Positions 15,762 to 24,848 of a DNA stretch of 26,927 nucleotides are shown here, piece by piece (the stretch's first letter is position 1; each line of letters begins with the position of its first letter). The notes below the pieces were generated by a model. That model ran no database searches and was not told where the DNA came from. It was given only the letters and a program-made list of their open reading frames with translations. The stretch covers positions 1 through 26,927 of the forward strand of contig JAWCNH010000001.1 in NCBI GenBank assembly GCA_038848765.1, in the 5' to 3' direction. The position numbers and the translations under genes are program-made. This stretch comes from Candidatus Bathyarchaeia archaeon. GTDB lineage: Archaea > Thermoproteota > Bathyarchaeia > Bathyarchaeales > JAWCNH01.

Positions 15762-17270
15762 TTAACTTTGGGGTTTTTCAATTATGCTGAACATTTCATA
15801 AAGCCTTCCAGTTTCCTTATACCCTTTTTCAAAGAGTTGCCTCATTTCGTCAGCCATTTTTTGAGCCAAGGGCGTTGGATATTTTCCAGTAACGCATGCC
15901 AAACAAAGTTCATCTTCACGCATTCCGGTTGCGCGGATAAACCCGTCCAGCGACTGATAATTAACCGAGTCTGCGCCGATAATCTCAGCTATTTCATCCG
16001 CTTCATGAGTAGACCCGATAAGTTCGCTGTAAGTCGCCATGTCAATTCCGTAAGGGCATGGACCGATAATGCGTGGAAAAGTAATAAATAAATGAACCTT
16101 TTTGGCTCCCATTTTACGCAGTTTTTCCACAATAACCTTGGTTGTGTCTCCACGAACTATGCTGTCTTCGACAACGGCAAGATTTTTTCCTTTAATTTTT
16201 GATTCTAAAACATTAATTTTTCTATCTATGGTCGTGTATCGTTCTTGAGGCAATAATATGAATGCCCGTTCTGTAACATATCGGTGTCTCCTTAAGGCTC
16301 GTTCCCATCGAATTCCCGTCTCCATGTGAAGCCCAAAGGCTGCGTCATCGCCAGTTTCTGGCATGGAAACAATTATGTCGGTGCTTCTAACAATGTCTGA
16401 ATATTCTCTTGCAAGGTTTCTCCCGAACTCTTCCCTCACTTCATACACGTATTTATCGTCAAATTTGGAGTCTGGACGAGCGAAATAGGCGAATTCGAAA
16501 CCGCAAAAAGCTTTTCTCTCCCCACTTACCAGTCGTTCACGGTGGAAACCGTCCTCTGACACGGTGATAAATTCGCCTGGCACTACTTCGAAAGCATGCT
16601 CTAGGCTGTTAATGTTTAAACCCACGCTTTCTGAGGACGCTGCGTAAATTTTGCGGTTTTGGCTGTAGCCGCAGCAGAGGGGTCTTATGCCATGTGGGTC
16701 TTTGAAGATGAAAAATTCTCCGTCTTGGTTTATGCCAGCAACGGAGAAGGCGCCTTCAATTTCTTTCATGCAAGCCTTAACAGACAATTTTATGTCATGG
16801 GTTTTCATGTATTCAATAAGCAGTTTTCTGCAAATCAGCTCCGCATCGCATTCGTAGGCAAAATCTGGGAAAACTTCGCAAATTTCCCTTTTTAGCTGAA
16901 CTGCGTTAACAACATTGCCGTTAAACGAAAGGGCAAATTTTGTTTCTCCTGATTCTGCAACGACTGGCTGTGTCCCCCTAATTAACGCTTGTTCGTCAAC
17001 GCCACCAGAAGTTGTATATCTCACGTTTGCAATGCCTAAATGCCCAGGAAGCCTATCCAGCCAATCTTGAATATCCCTCTTCTTTATTTTCGGAACCAAA
17101 TCCAAACCCTTGTGGGCATGGAATTTTCCGTCAAACGTTAGAAAACCATGCGACTGGTGACCACGATGGTTTTGCGCTCTTAAACCCCAATAAATGGTTG
17201 GAAATATCGGGTTATGGCTGAAATCTACTGCGCCGAAGACCCCGCATGCTATTTTTAAACTGTCTATCAT
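15762..17270 (-). CDS. purF: Amidophosphoribosyltransferase (Fe-S type, with propeptide)
   Basis: MIDSLKIA|CGVFG, HRGHQS, RYTT, NGN, CGFEFAYFARPDS, DSIVRG, CPYGIDM and CLAC. ATG 17270 is preferred over TTG 17291. Confidence 0.96.
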   Translation of the reverse strand: MIDSLKIACGVFGAVDFSHNPIFPTIYWGLRAQNHRGHQSHGFLTFDGKFHAHKGLDLVPKIKKRDIQDWLDRLPGHLGIANVRYTTSGGVDEQALIRGTQPVVAESGETKFALSFNGNVVNAVQLKREICEVFPDFAYECDAELICRKLLIEYMKTHDIKLSVKACMKEIEGAFSVAGINQDGEFFIFKDPHGIRPLCCGYSQNRKIYAASSESVGLNINSLEHAFEVVPGEFITVSEDGFHRERLVSGERKAFCGFEFAYFARPDSKFDDKYVYEVREEFGRNLAREYSDIVRSTDIIVSMPETGDDAAFGLHMETGIRWERALRRHRYVTERAFILLPQERYTTIDRKINVLESKIKGKNLAVVEDSIVRGDTTKVIVEKLRKMGAKKVHLFITFPRIIGPCPYGIDMATYSELIGSTHEADEIAEIIGADSVNYQSLDGFIRATGMREDELCLACVTGKYPTPLAQKMADEMRQLFEKGYKETGRLYEMFSIIEKPQS

Positions 17271-17461
17271 AGTTGCTAGATTATAAGACAACTATATATC
17301 AATTTTTGTAACAGCTTTAAATAAATTTTACACATTTACGTATAACACGGAATGTTCGATATCTGATATATAAATTTTTAAGCAACTTCTGCGTAAATTA
17401 TCAGTGAAATAAAAAGGGTAGGAGGGGTTTTCTTATATCATTTAAATCCCTTATTTTTTCC

Positions 17462-17734
17462 ATGTGGTTTTTAGCGTCGCTGCCTTTTTGGTTTTTGTGC
17501 TTAGCTTTATATTTGACCTTCGTTGCGTGTCTTCCTCTATGGATTGTTACCCTCACCATTTTTTGTGTCGCATTAGTTGTCGCGTCTCCTTTTATTTACA
17601 TACATGCACAAAGGGAAAAGCAATACGAGGCAAACCTTCAAAAGCCAGGCACTGTCATCCGACCAGTAAGCACACTTGTGAATGAATATGTAGATCTTGT
17701 CGAAAAACAAAGATGGAAAAAACATGCCTCTTAA
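17462..17734 (+). CDS. Small membrane protein (2 TM), hypothetical
   Basis: 90 aa with two hydrophobic segments and a charged tail. It fills the gap between purF and the DHH gene. Confidence 0.5.
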   Translation: MWFLASLPFWFLCLALYLTFVACLPLWIVTLTIFCVALVVASPFIYIHAQREKQYEANLQKPGTVIRPVSTLVNEYVDLVEKQRWKKHAS

Positions 17735-17745
17735 GAGAATGGATG

Positions 17746-18921
17746 CTAAACCACTGCTGTTTCTTCTGCCTTCTTAATCAAAGTTTCCTTTTTATCCAAT
17801 GGGACAATGACGTTTGCTGCGTATTTATGGCCGTCTGCAAAGCCGAATCCCTCAGAAGCCTTTGTTAACAGTTGCGCCGCGCCCAACAGTTTTCCTTCAT
17901 CGATAAGTTTTTGCATGGTCTTTGGAACTCTCACAGAAGCTTTTACAAATTTCTGTTTGAGTTTTCCCCAGTTTGGAATCTCTAGCGGGACGTTCACGAA
18001 GCCCAAAATGTATTTGTTGGGTTTTATTAGACGGGTTTGGTAGGATAGGAAAGAGCAGAATTGTCCTATGACTTTTGTTCCCATACCCTCATACATGTCT
18101 GCTGCGTCAAACCATTGAATGTGGTTCGTTTCTTTCAGCCTCTCCCGATAAAGCCTCGCCAAAAGTCTCTTGTTAATTTCCTTTCTTTTTGCTTCCAATT
18201 CATCAACCTTAACTTTAACATTTTCCGTTAAGCCTTCTATACATGCTTTTATTCCAAGCTCTGGTCCACCTTCATAATATCCTACTGGACCAAGAATCTG
18301 AAGCTTCGAAAATAAATCGTCAATGCGGACGCCTAACTTTGCGATTTCATAAGATTTCCCCTTAACATAAACAACTCTATTTTCTAGGGATTCGTTCAAC
18401 ACCACCTTATTAAGCCCGAGAAATCCTTGTGGAATTTCGCAACTGCCTACAAGGGCTAGATAGGAGAGATCAGTGTTTCTTTCGTTAAGCGCCTTTGCAA
18501 AAAGATAGCATATGGTGGCGCCGGAAAAATCCGTCTCGCCTTGAAAGCCATAATGCTCCAAATTAAGGTCATAAACCTTTGGGTCCGTCGCTTTTGCTGG
18601 GTCGTGGTGATCCAAAATTATGGTGAGGTTTCGTGTTTTGTTGCATTCTGAAATAAAGTCTGCGTGGGACGAGGCTATGTCTGCATAAACAATAGCTTTG
18701 CCTTCGCCTTCATGCAATTTCTCAATTACTTCTGGATAGACTTTCTCCAAACAAAACATTTTCACATTGTAGCCTTCCCGTTCCAGCGCTGCCTTCACGA
18801 TTGCTGCTGAGCATAAGCCATCGCCATCATCATGATGAACAAGAAGCACATTATCCGTGCCTAGCTTTTTAAATTCGAAAATCGCTTTACTAACTTTTTC
18901 TCCGAATGCTTCAAGGTTCAT
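17746..18921 (-). CDS. DHH-family phosphoesterase (RecJ/DHHA1-like)
   Basis: Motifs HHDDGDG, YADIA, ILDHH, DFSGAT and C-terminal DGHKYAA. Confidence 0.88.
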   Translation of the reverse strand: MNLEAFGEKVSKAIFEFKKLGTDNVLLVHHDDGDGLCSAAIVKAALEREGYNVKMFCLEKVYPEVIEKLHEGEGKAIVYADIASSHADFISECNKTRNLTIILDHHDPAKATDPKVYDLNLEHYGFQGETDFSGATICYLFAKALNERNTDLSYLALVGSCEIPQGFLGLNKVVLNESLENRVVYVKGKSYEIAKLGVRIDDLFSKLQILGPVGYYEGGPELGIKACIEGLTENVKVKVDELEAKRKEINKRLLARLYRERLKETNHIQWFDAADMYEGMGTKVIGQFCSFLSYQTRLIKPNKYILGFVNVPLEIPNWGKLKQKFVKASVRVPKTMQKLIDEGKLLGAAQLLTKASEGFGFADGHKYAANVIVPLDKKETLIKKAEETAVV

Positions 18922-18972
18922 AAAGACTCCAAAATAAAGAGTGAAAGGGAAGTTATTTAAATGGTTAAAGGC

Positions 18973-19497
18973 TCAAAGCGTCTTGCTAACGATTTTCAGC
19001 AAATCTGAACGTGTAATAATGCCTACGACCTCTCCCTTTTTGACCACAAGCACGCCTGGATGGTCTTCTAGTAAGTGGCGAATCATGCTTACGTTTGTTT
19101 CTTCTGGAATGCTTGGAAGCGGAGGCTCCATGATTTTTTCCGCTGTTTCCTCAGCTATTTTCGAGCTTAAATTTTTTATTATGCTTTCTTCCGTGACTGT
19201 GCCTATTATTTTTCCTTTTTCTTTAACTGGCACTTGCGATATGGCGTGTTTTCTCATGATTTCGCTTATTTTTAAGACTTTTTCGTTCGGCTTTACGAAG
19301 ATAACGTTTTTCGTCATTATGTCTTTGCATTTTTTGCCTTCGCCTTCTGTGAGTACTTGAAGAATCTTGTTTACCGTGGAAAGCCTAGGGTCAACTTTTC
19401 CTTTCTCAATTTTTGCTATGTGCGCCTGAGATACGCCGACGAGTTGGGCTAGTTGTTTCTGTGTCATGTTGGCTTCTATTCTTAATTTCCTTAACAT
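18973..19497 (-). CDS. Transcriptional regulator, XRE-type HTH plus tandem CBS domains
   Basis: LRKLRIEANMTQKQLAQLVGVSQAHIAKIEKGKVDPRLST, followed by two CBS repeats (ISQVPV...GTVT; VLVVKKGEVVGIITRSDL). The true start may be ATA 19512. Confidence 0.92.
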   Translation of the reverse strand: MLRKLRIEANMTQKQLAQLVGVSQAHIAKIEKGKVDPRLSTVNKILQVLTEGEGKKCKDIMTKNVIFVKPNEKVLKISEIMRKHAISQVPVKEKGKIIGTVTEESIIKNLSSKIAEETAEKIMEPPLPSIPEETNVSMIRHLLEDHPGVLVVKKGEVVGIITRSDLLKIVSKTL

Positions 19498-19518
19498 TTG
19501 CCCAGTGATTATCGTTTT

Positions 19519-19533
19519 ATAACCTCTGGTTAT
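19519..19533. promoter_or_regulatory. 6-3-6 inverted repeat overlapping the putative SD of the HTH-CBS gene, in the divergent HTH-CBS/mat promoter region
   Basis: ATAACC-TCT-GGTTAT. Confidence 0.35.
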
Positions 19534-19605
19534 TTATTATGTAATTTTGATATCGCAAAATATATATTTGTTTCTGTTTATACGTGTGCAGCAAGGCGAA
19601 CGTGT

Positions 19606-20820
19606 ATGACTTTAAGAAATATATTGGTAGATTGTTTAAGGCAAACGCCTATTGAACAGCAGAAAATCGAAATTGTTGAAAGGAAGGGGCTTGGGCACCC
19701 GGATTCTATATGTGACGCCATTATGGATAGGATATCAGTTAGGCTAAGTCAAGAATACTTGAAGAAGACAGGGGAGATTAGACACCATAACATTGACAAA
19801 TCCTTGCTGGCAGCCGGCGAAGCGGAAACACGATTCCAAGGAGGCGCAATTAAGAAGCCTATGCTCCTAATTATAGGCGACAGAGCAACCTTTGACGTTG
19901 GCAATGTGCACATACCAGTGGATGAAATTGCAGTTCAAACAGCCAAAGAATGGTTCAAGGAAAAACTGCGTTTCGTAGACCCGGAAAGGCATGTGCTGTA
20001 TCAAGTGGAGTTGAAGCCTGGGCATCCTGAGTTGATGGATATTTTTGAAAGGAAAGGGAAAGTTTTGGGCGCTAATGACACTTCTGCTGCTGTTGGTTAT
20101 GCCCCCATGACCAGAACGGAAAAAATTGTTTTGGACATAGAAAAATATGTGAATTCACCAGAGTTTAAGAAGAGATTTCCAGAGTCGGGCGAAGATGTGA
20201 AAGTTATGGGTTACAGAAAAAACAATGCTTTACATTTAACGCTGGCCATGGCTTTTGTGGACAAATACGTGGAAAGTGAAGATGACTATTTCAGAAAGAA
20301 AGCGGTGCTTCATGAGGAAATTTGCAGTTTTGTGAAGGAAAACACAAGTTTTGACGAGGTTAAAGTTGACCTTAACACTTTGGACATGAGAGGGAAAGGA
20401 ATAGAAGGTGTATATCTAACTGTAACTGGCACAAGCGCTGAAAGCGGAGACTCTGGGCAAGTGGGCAGAGGCAACAGAACAAACGGCGTCATACCCTTAA
20501 ACAGACCTTTCTGCTCCGAAGCTGCGGCCGGAAAAAACCCAGTAAGCCACGTGGGGAAAATTTACAATTCGCTTACTCATAAAATTGCAAATGAGGTTTA
20601 TAAGCGGGTTTCTGGCTTGGAAGAGGTTTACATTTGGCTTTTAAGTCAAATTGGCAAGCCTATTGACCAACCAGCTATTGCGGCTGCTCAAGTTGTTATG
20701 AAGGCGAATAACTCTTTTGAAAGCGTTAAAAGCGAAATAGAAGAAGTGATTAATCACGAGTTAGAAAATATAGATAAATTCTGTGAAGACTTGGCTGAAG
20801 GGCGGATAGCCATACACTAA
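19606..20820 (+). CDS. mat: Archaeal-type S-adenosylmethionine synthetase
   Basis: Motifs EIVERKGLGHPD, HHNIDK, GANDTS, DSGQVGRGNR and AGKNPVSHVGK. ATG 19606 (MTLRNILVD) is preferred over the upstream track start. Confidence 0.96.
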   Translation: MTLRNILVDCLRQTPIEQQKIEIVERKGLGHPDSICDAIMDRISVRLSQEYLKKTGEIRHHNIDKSLLAAGEAETRFQGGAIKKPMLLIIGDRATFDVGNVHIPVDEIAVQTAKEWFKEKLRFVDPERHVLYQVELKPGHPELMDIFERKGKVLGANDTSAAVGYAPMTRTEKIVLDIEKYVNSPEFKKRFPESGEDVKVMGYRKNNALHLTLAMAFVDKYVESEDDYFRKKAVLHEEICSFVKENTSFDEVKVDLNTLDMRGKGIEGVYLTVTGTSAESGDSGQVGRGNRTNGVIPLNRPFCSEAAAGKNPVSHVGKIYNSLTHKIANEVYKRVSGLEEVYIWLLSQIGKPIDQPAIAAAQVVMKANNSFESVKSEIEEVINHELENIDKFCEDLAEGRIAIH

Positions 20821-20823
20821 CTC

Positions 20824-20868
20824 AATCAGAATATTCTGATTTTTCCGTAAAATTTAAATAATCAGAAT
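20824..20868. promoter_or_regulatory. Perfect 18-bp palindrome plus an extra half-site flanking the TATA box of arsM (putative operator)
   Basis: AATCAGAATATTCTGATT at 20824-20841, TTTAAATA at 20853-20860, a repeat of half-site AATCAGAAT at 20860-20868, and ATG at 20888. Confidence 0.65.
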
Positions 20869-20887
20869 CGCAGCATAGAGTATTGAG

Positions 20888-21658
20888 ATGGACAACATGC
20901 GCCCAAAAGACCTAGAAACCAAAGAATTCCTTAAACGATGGTATGCAGAAGTGGCGAAGGGAAAATCATGCTGCAACATTTCCGAAACAAACTCGCTCCA
21001 AAATGTAGGCTACGTGAAAAGCCAAATCAAAAACGTTCCAGAAACTGTGGCGAATTCTTTTTGCGGCTGCGGCAACCCCGTTTTATTAGCTGATTTAAGA
21101 AAGGGAGAAACTGTTTTAGACCTTGGCGCAGGAGGAGGACTCGACTGCTTCTTGGCAGCCGAAAAAGTTGGGCGAGAGGGGAAAGTGATAGGCATAGACT
21201 TAACTGAAGAAATGGTTAAACTCGCAAAAAAGAATGCAACGAAATTGGGTGTAGAAAACGTTTTGTTTCAGCTTGGCGACATGGAAAAACTGCCAGTTGA
21301 AGATGAAACGGTCGACGTAATCATCAGCAATTGCGTCATAAACCTTGCATTGAACAAACAGCAAGTTTTCAATGAGGCTTACAGAGTGCTAAAACATGGT
21401 GGCCGTCTTGTCATATCAGATGTTGTTACAGAAAAGAGGTTGCCTAAACGTCTTGAAAAAAGCTTTGAAGCTTATGCTGCATGTGTCGGCGGAGCATTAA
21501 GAGAAAAAGAATACATACAGAAAATAAGGCAAGCAGGCTTCCGTAACATCGAAATTCTTGGCAAAAGAAAGGCTCAAATTTTAAGAAAGAAAGGGGATGC
21601 GTTAAGCGAGATAGGACATAGCGTTTATCACATTGACGTTAAAGCCATAAAGGATTGA
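20888..21658 (+). CDS. arsM: Arsenite S-adenosylmethionine methyltransferase (ArsM-like)
   Basis: N-terminal CC, FCGCGNP, SAM motif LDLGAGGGLD, IISNCVINL and AACVGGA give the Cys pattern typical of ArsM/AS3MT. Confidence 0.85.
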   Translation: MDNMRPKDLETKEFLKRWYAEVAKGKSCCNISETNSLQNVGYVKSQIKNVPETVANSFCGCGNPVLLADLRKGETVLDLGAGGGLDCFLAAEKVGREGKVIGIDLTEEMVKLAKKNATKLGVENVLFQLGDMEKLPVEDETVDVIISNCVINLALNKQQVFNEAYRVLKHGGRLVISDVVTEKRLPKRLEKSFEAYAACVGGALREKEYIQKIRQAGFRNIEILGKRKAQILRKKGDALSEIGHSVYHIDVKAIKD

Positions 21659-21664
21659 GAAACT

Positions 21665-24600
21665 TTAGGACACTATGGCGATGTATAGTCTTTTGTTATC
21701 TAATGCGTATTCGTGCCACTCTGCTTTTACTTCGCTTCGTTTCTGTTGAACAGAGACCTTTTTGGTTCGCACAAGCTCTGCCATCTCTTTTAAGAAGGGC
21801 TGTAGCAGCTTCACGCTTTCTGGGTCGACTTCTGCCAAATAAACTGCTTCTAAAATGTCTGTGGGCATATAGCCTAACTCTTTTCGGAGAGCTTGAACAC
21901 GTCTGGCAAGGTCACGCATCAATCCTTCGCCGAGCAATTTTTCGTCACGTTGCACATTAATTAAGACATGCAAGTTTCCTTCCGAAGCCAAAGACCATCC
22001 TTTGCTTTCTTTTTCTGGAAGCTTCTCCAAGTAACGCACAGACTTGACATTGGCAAGTTCAAGGAACAAATCTTCAAGATTCTTCAACGCTTCTTGCACA
22101 TTTGTTGGAGACACAATCAAAGCTTCTCGCAGAGGCCATCTTCTTTTCAGCTTCGCTGATTGTCTTGCAGCATACGTAAGCGAAACAAATCGAAACAGTG
22201 TTTCAAAGTTTTCTTCCAATGTTTTGTTTTCTAAAGATTCGTTTGGCTCTGGCCATTTTTCGAAATTTATGGATTCTGGTAGGCTCTTGTCTAACTCTTT
22301 GTAGACGTTTTGGTAGAGAAACTCGCAAAGGAACGGAGTTGCTGGGTTGAAGAGTAAGACTAAGTTTTTTAGTGCAGTCCAAAGTGTTGCGTAAATTGTT
22401 AGCCGTCGGTTTAATGTTTCTGGGTCGTCTGTCCACAAATCTCGGCGAACCATGGGAACGTATTGTCTGCTTAAAATGTCGATTACGAAGGTTTCCAGTT
22501 TTGCAAGCGCGAAGTTGAATTCTCGTTTTTCCATTTTCTGCGTGTATTCTCTAATGGTTTTTTGAAGTTTGGAAAGCAGCCAAAGGTCAACAGGCTTCAA
22601 AGTTTGGTTTTCTTTCGCCCATTGTAACGTGTGCTTTTGCGGGTTAAAATTGTCATACTCGGCGTTCTGCATGAAGAAGCGATGCAAATGATAAAGCGTG
22701 CTTAAAACTTGGTAGGGTCTTCTCTTCAATTCTTGCATGTCAAAGTTTATGGCGTCTATCGGGGAACATTTCCACAAAGTATAAAACCTAAAGACGTCAG
22801 CAGAATATTTCTCCAACACGTTTTTGGCTTCTAACACGTTGCCCAAACTTTTGCTCATTTTTCTGCCTTTCGCATCCTGCGCTAAGCCTTGGAAGAGAAA
22901 AGCCTTGTATGGGGCTTCAGCTTTTCCCGTTAGGATGACATGTTCAAGCAATAGCGTGTTCGCCCACCCACGGGTTTGGTCTATTCCTTCAGTCAAAAAA
23001 TCCACTGGGACAAACCTTTTGAATTCTTCCTCGGTAAAGCGAGCGTATGGTGAAGCCCCACTGTTATGCCATGTGTCAAGCACAAAGGGTTCACGTTTCA
23101 TTACGCCCCCACATTTTTCGCATTTAAGCGTCACTTTGTCAACCCATGGCTTATGCAATTCAAAGTTTCCCTTCGGTTTTTCCAGCGCTTTTTCTAAAAG
23201 CTCCTTTTTAGTGGCAACTAGGACTTTGTGTTTGCATTTTTGGCAGACCCAAATTGGCAATGGTGCGCCCCATACGCGTTCTCTGGAGATGCACCATGGC
23301 TTTCCCTCTTTTAGGAAGGCGAGGAACCGGTTTTTGGGCGGTTCATAGTAATAGTTGACTTTTTCTGCTGCTTGCACTATTTTGTCAGTGATTTTGTTCG
23401 TCCAGAGGTAATATTCTCTTCTGGCTAGCCAGATTAGTTTATGATGGGAACGCCAACATGTGGGATATTCGTGGCTAACCATTTTCACTGAAACCAGCAA
23501 GCCTTTTTCCCGCAGTCGCTCAACAACTTTGGAATCTGCGTCCCGAGCAAATAGCCCAGCGAATTCGCCAGCCTCTTCAGTGAAGTTGCATTCATCGTCA
23601 AAAGGCACGTAAACGGGTAAGTTGCGCCTTTGCGCTGCAAGAAAGTCATCTTCACCGTTTCCAGGAGAGAGATGCACTATGCCCGTGGCGGTGGTTATGT
23701 CCACAAACTCTTCGCATACGACTGTGTGAACAATGGGAAGCCTATCCAGTTCTGCCTGTTTTGGAATCGTATCCTTAAATGGGAATTCGTATTTTGTGCC
23801 TTCGAGGTTTTTGCCCAAAACTGTCTCTAAAACTTTATAGTTGCTTATTTTTAGTTCTTGCATCACTGGTTCTATGCGCTGTTTTGCCATTATCCATATT
23901 TCTTGACCAACTTTTACTTTTGCATATTCGCCTTCTGGATGGACAGCTAGCATCATGTCTGTGACTAAGGTGAAGGGCATGGTTGTCCAAACCAAGAAAT
24001 AGGTGTTTTCCGCTTTGGCTATTTTGAACTTGAAGTAGAGCGATGGGTCTTCAACTATTTCGTAGCCTAAACCTACTTCTGCATTGCTAAGCGATGTTTG
24101 GCAGTGTGGGCAATAAGCCACTACATAGTAGCCTTCGCCCAGAAGCCCTTGTTCCCAAGCCCGTTTAAGGTATTGCCACTCTTTTTCTATGTACTCGTCC
24201 AAATATGTCCAATAAGCCTTTTCATAGTTCATGAACATGCCTAGTTTTTCATCTGCGCTTCGCCATTCTTGGTAGTATTTCATTATGGTTTTTTTGCATT
24301 CTTCTATGAAGCGCTCTTCGCCGACTTTTTCCAACAATTCTTTCTTGTTTTTTACGTTTAACTGTCTTTCAACTTCTAACTCAACTGGCAAGCCTTGGCA
24401 GTCCCAGCCGGCCCAGAAGGGTATGTAAAAGCCTTGCATTGATTTCCAACGGTACCATAAGTCCTTCATTACGCGTCCACGGGCGTGTCCAACATGGGGA
24501 ACACCGTTTAACGTGGGTGGTCCTTCTACATAGCCTAAAACGCCCACGTTGGATTTTTCTCTAAGCTGCATTAGTCTTTCAGAAATTTTCTGCTTGTGCC

Positions 24601-24691
24601 AAAATTGACGGATTTGTTGTTCCAGTTGGAGCGGGCTATAGTCTTGTGTAAGCCAAGGTCTTTGTTTAGCTTCGAATTTGACGGCCACCAC
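21665..24691 (-). CDS. ileS: Isoleucyl-tRNA synthetase (archaeal/eukaryote-like type)
   Basis: EGPPTLNG-HVGH (HIGH motif), GWDCQGLP, WTTMPFTL, WCISRER, EGIDQTRGW and KMSKSLGN; 1008 aa. Confidence 0.96.
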   Translation of the reverse strand: MVAVKFEAKQRPWLTQDYSPLQLEQQIRQFWHKQKISERLMQLREKSNVGVLGYVEGPPTLNGVPHVGHARGRVMKDLWYRWKSMQGFYIPFWAGWDCQGLPVELEVERQLNVKNKKELLEKVGEERFIEECKKTIMKYYQEWRSADEKLGMFMNYEKAYWTYLDEYIEKEWQYLKRAWEQGLLGEGYYVVAYCPHCQTSLSNAEVGLGYEIVEDPSLYFKFKIAKAENTYFLVWTTMPFTLVTDMMLAVHPEGEYAKVKVGQEIWIMAKQRIEPVMQELKISNYKVLETVLGKNLEGTKYEFPFKDTIPKQAELDRLPIVHTVVCEEFVDITTATGIVHLSPGNGEDDFLAAQRRNLPVYVPFDDECNFTEEAGEFAGLFARDADSKVVERLREKGLLVSVKMVSHEYPTCWRSHHKLIWLARREYYLWTNKITDKIVQAAEKVNYYYEPPKNRFLAFLKEGKPWCISRERVWGAPLPIWVCQKCKHKVLVATKKELLEKALEKPKGNFELHKPWVDKVTLKCEKCGGVMKREPFVLDTWHNSGASPYARFTEEEFKRFVPVDFLTEGIDQTRGWANTLLLEHVILTGKAEAPYKAFLFQGLAQDAKGRKMSKSLGNVLEAKNVLEKYSADVFRFYTLWKCSPIDAINFDMQELKRRPYQVLSTLYHLHRFFMQNAEYDNFNPQKHTLQWAKENQTLKPVDLWLLSKLQKTIREYTQKMEKREFNFALAKLETFVIDILSRQYVPMVRRDLWTDDPETLNRRLTIYATLWTALKNLVLLFNPATPFLCEFLYQNVYKELDKSLPESINFEKWPEPNESLENKTLEENFETLFRFVSLTYAARQSAKLKRRWPLREALIVSPTNVQEALKNLEDLFLELANVKSVRYLEKLPEKESKGWSLASEGNLHVLINVQRDEKLLGEGLMRDLARRVQALRKELGYMPTDILEAVYLAEVDPESVKLLQPFLKEMAELVRTKKVSVQQKRSEVKAEWHEYALDNKRLYIAIVS

Positions 24692-24848
24692 TCATCTCAA
24701 ACAGCTCCGCCACAAACCACATATCTACAGCCAAATATAACCTTTTTGAATCCAAAATAAGCTATAACAATAGAAGATTGTTCCTTTAATGTTTAAATTT
24801 ATCCGTGCCATTGCCTAATTTAGAGTTTAACATTGAGGAGAGAGTGGA

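Noticed and set aside
17271-17461. ncRNA or purine riboswitch upstream of purF
   Set aside because: It is an AT-rich divergent promoter region with a TATA-like element about 25 nt from the ATG, leaving no room for a structured leader. No tRNA or sRNA fold was recognised.
19498-19605. 36-aa N-terminal extension of MAT given by the ORF track (similar extensions for purF, purD, ftr and the pilin)
   Set aside because: These extensions come from upstream TTG/GTG codons within promoter or SD regions. Downstream starts fit the SD positions and family N-termini better.
24692-24848. T-box or riboswitch-like leader upstream of ileS
   Set aside because: The region is short, has no T-box consensus or convincing stems, and is explained as a divergent promoter region.
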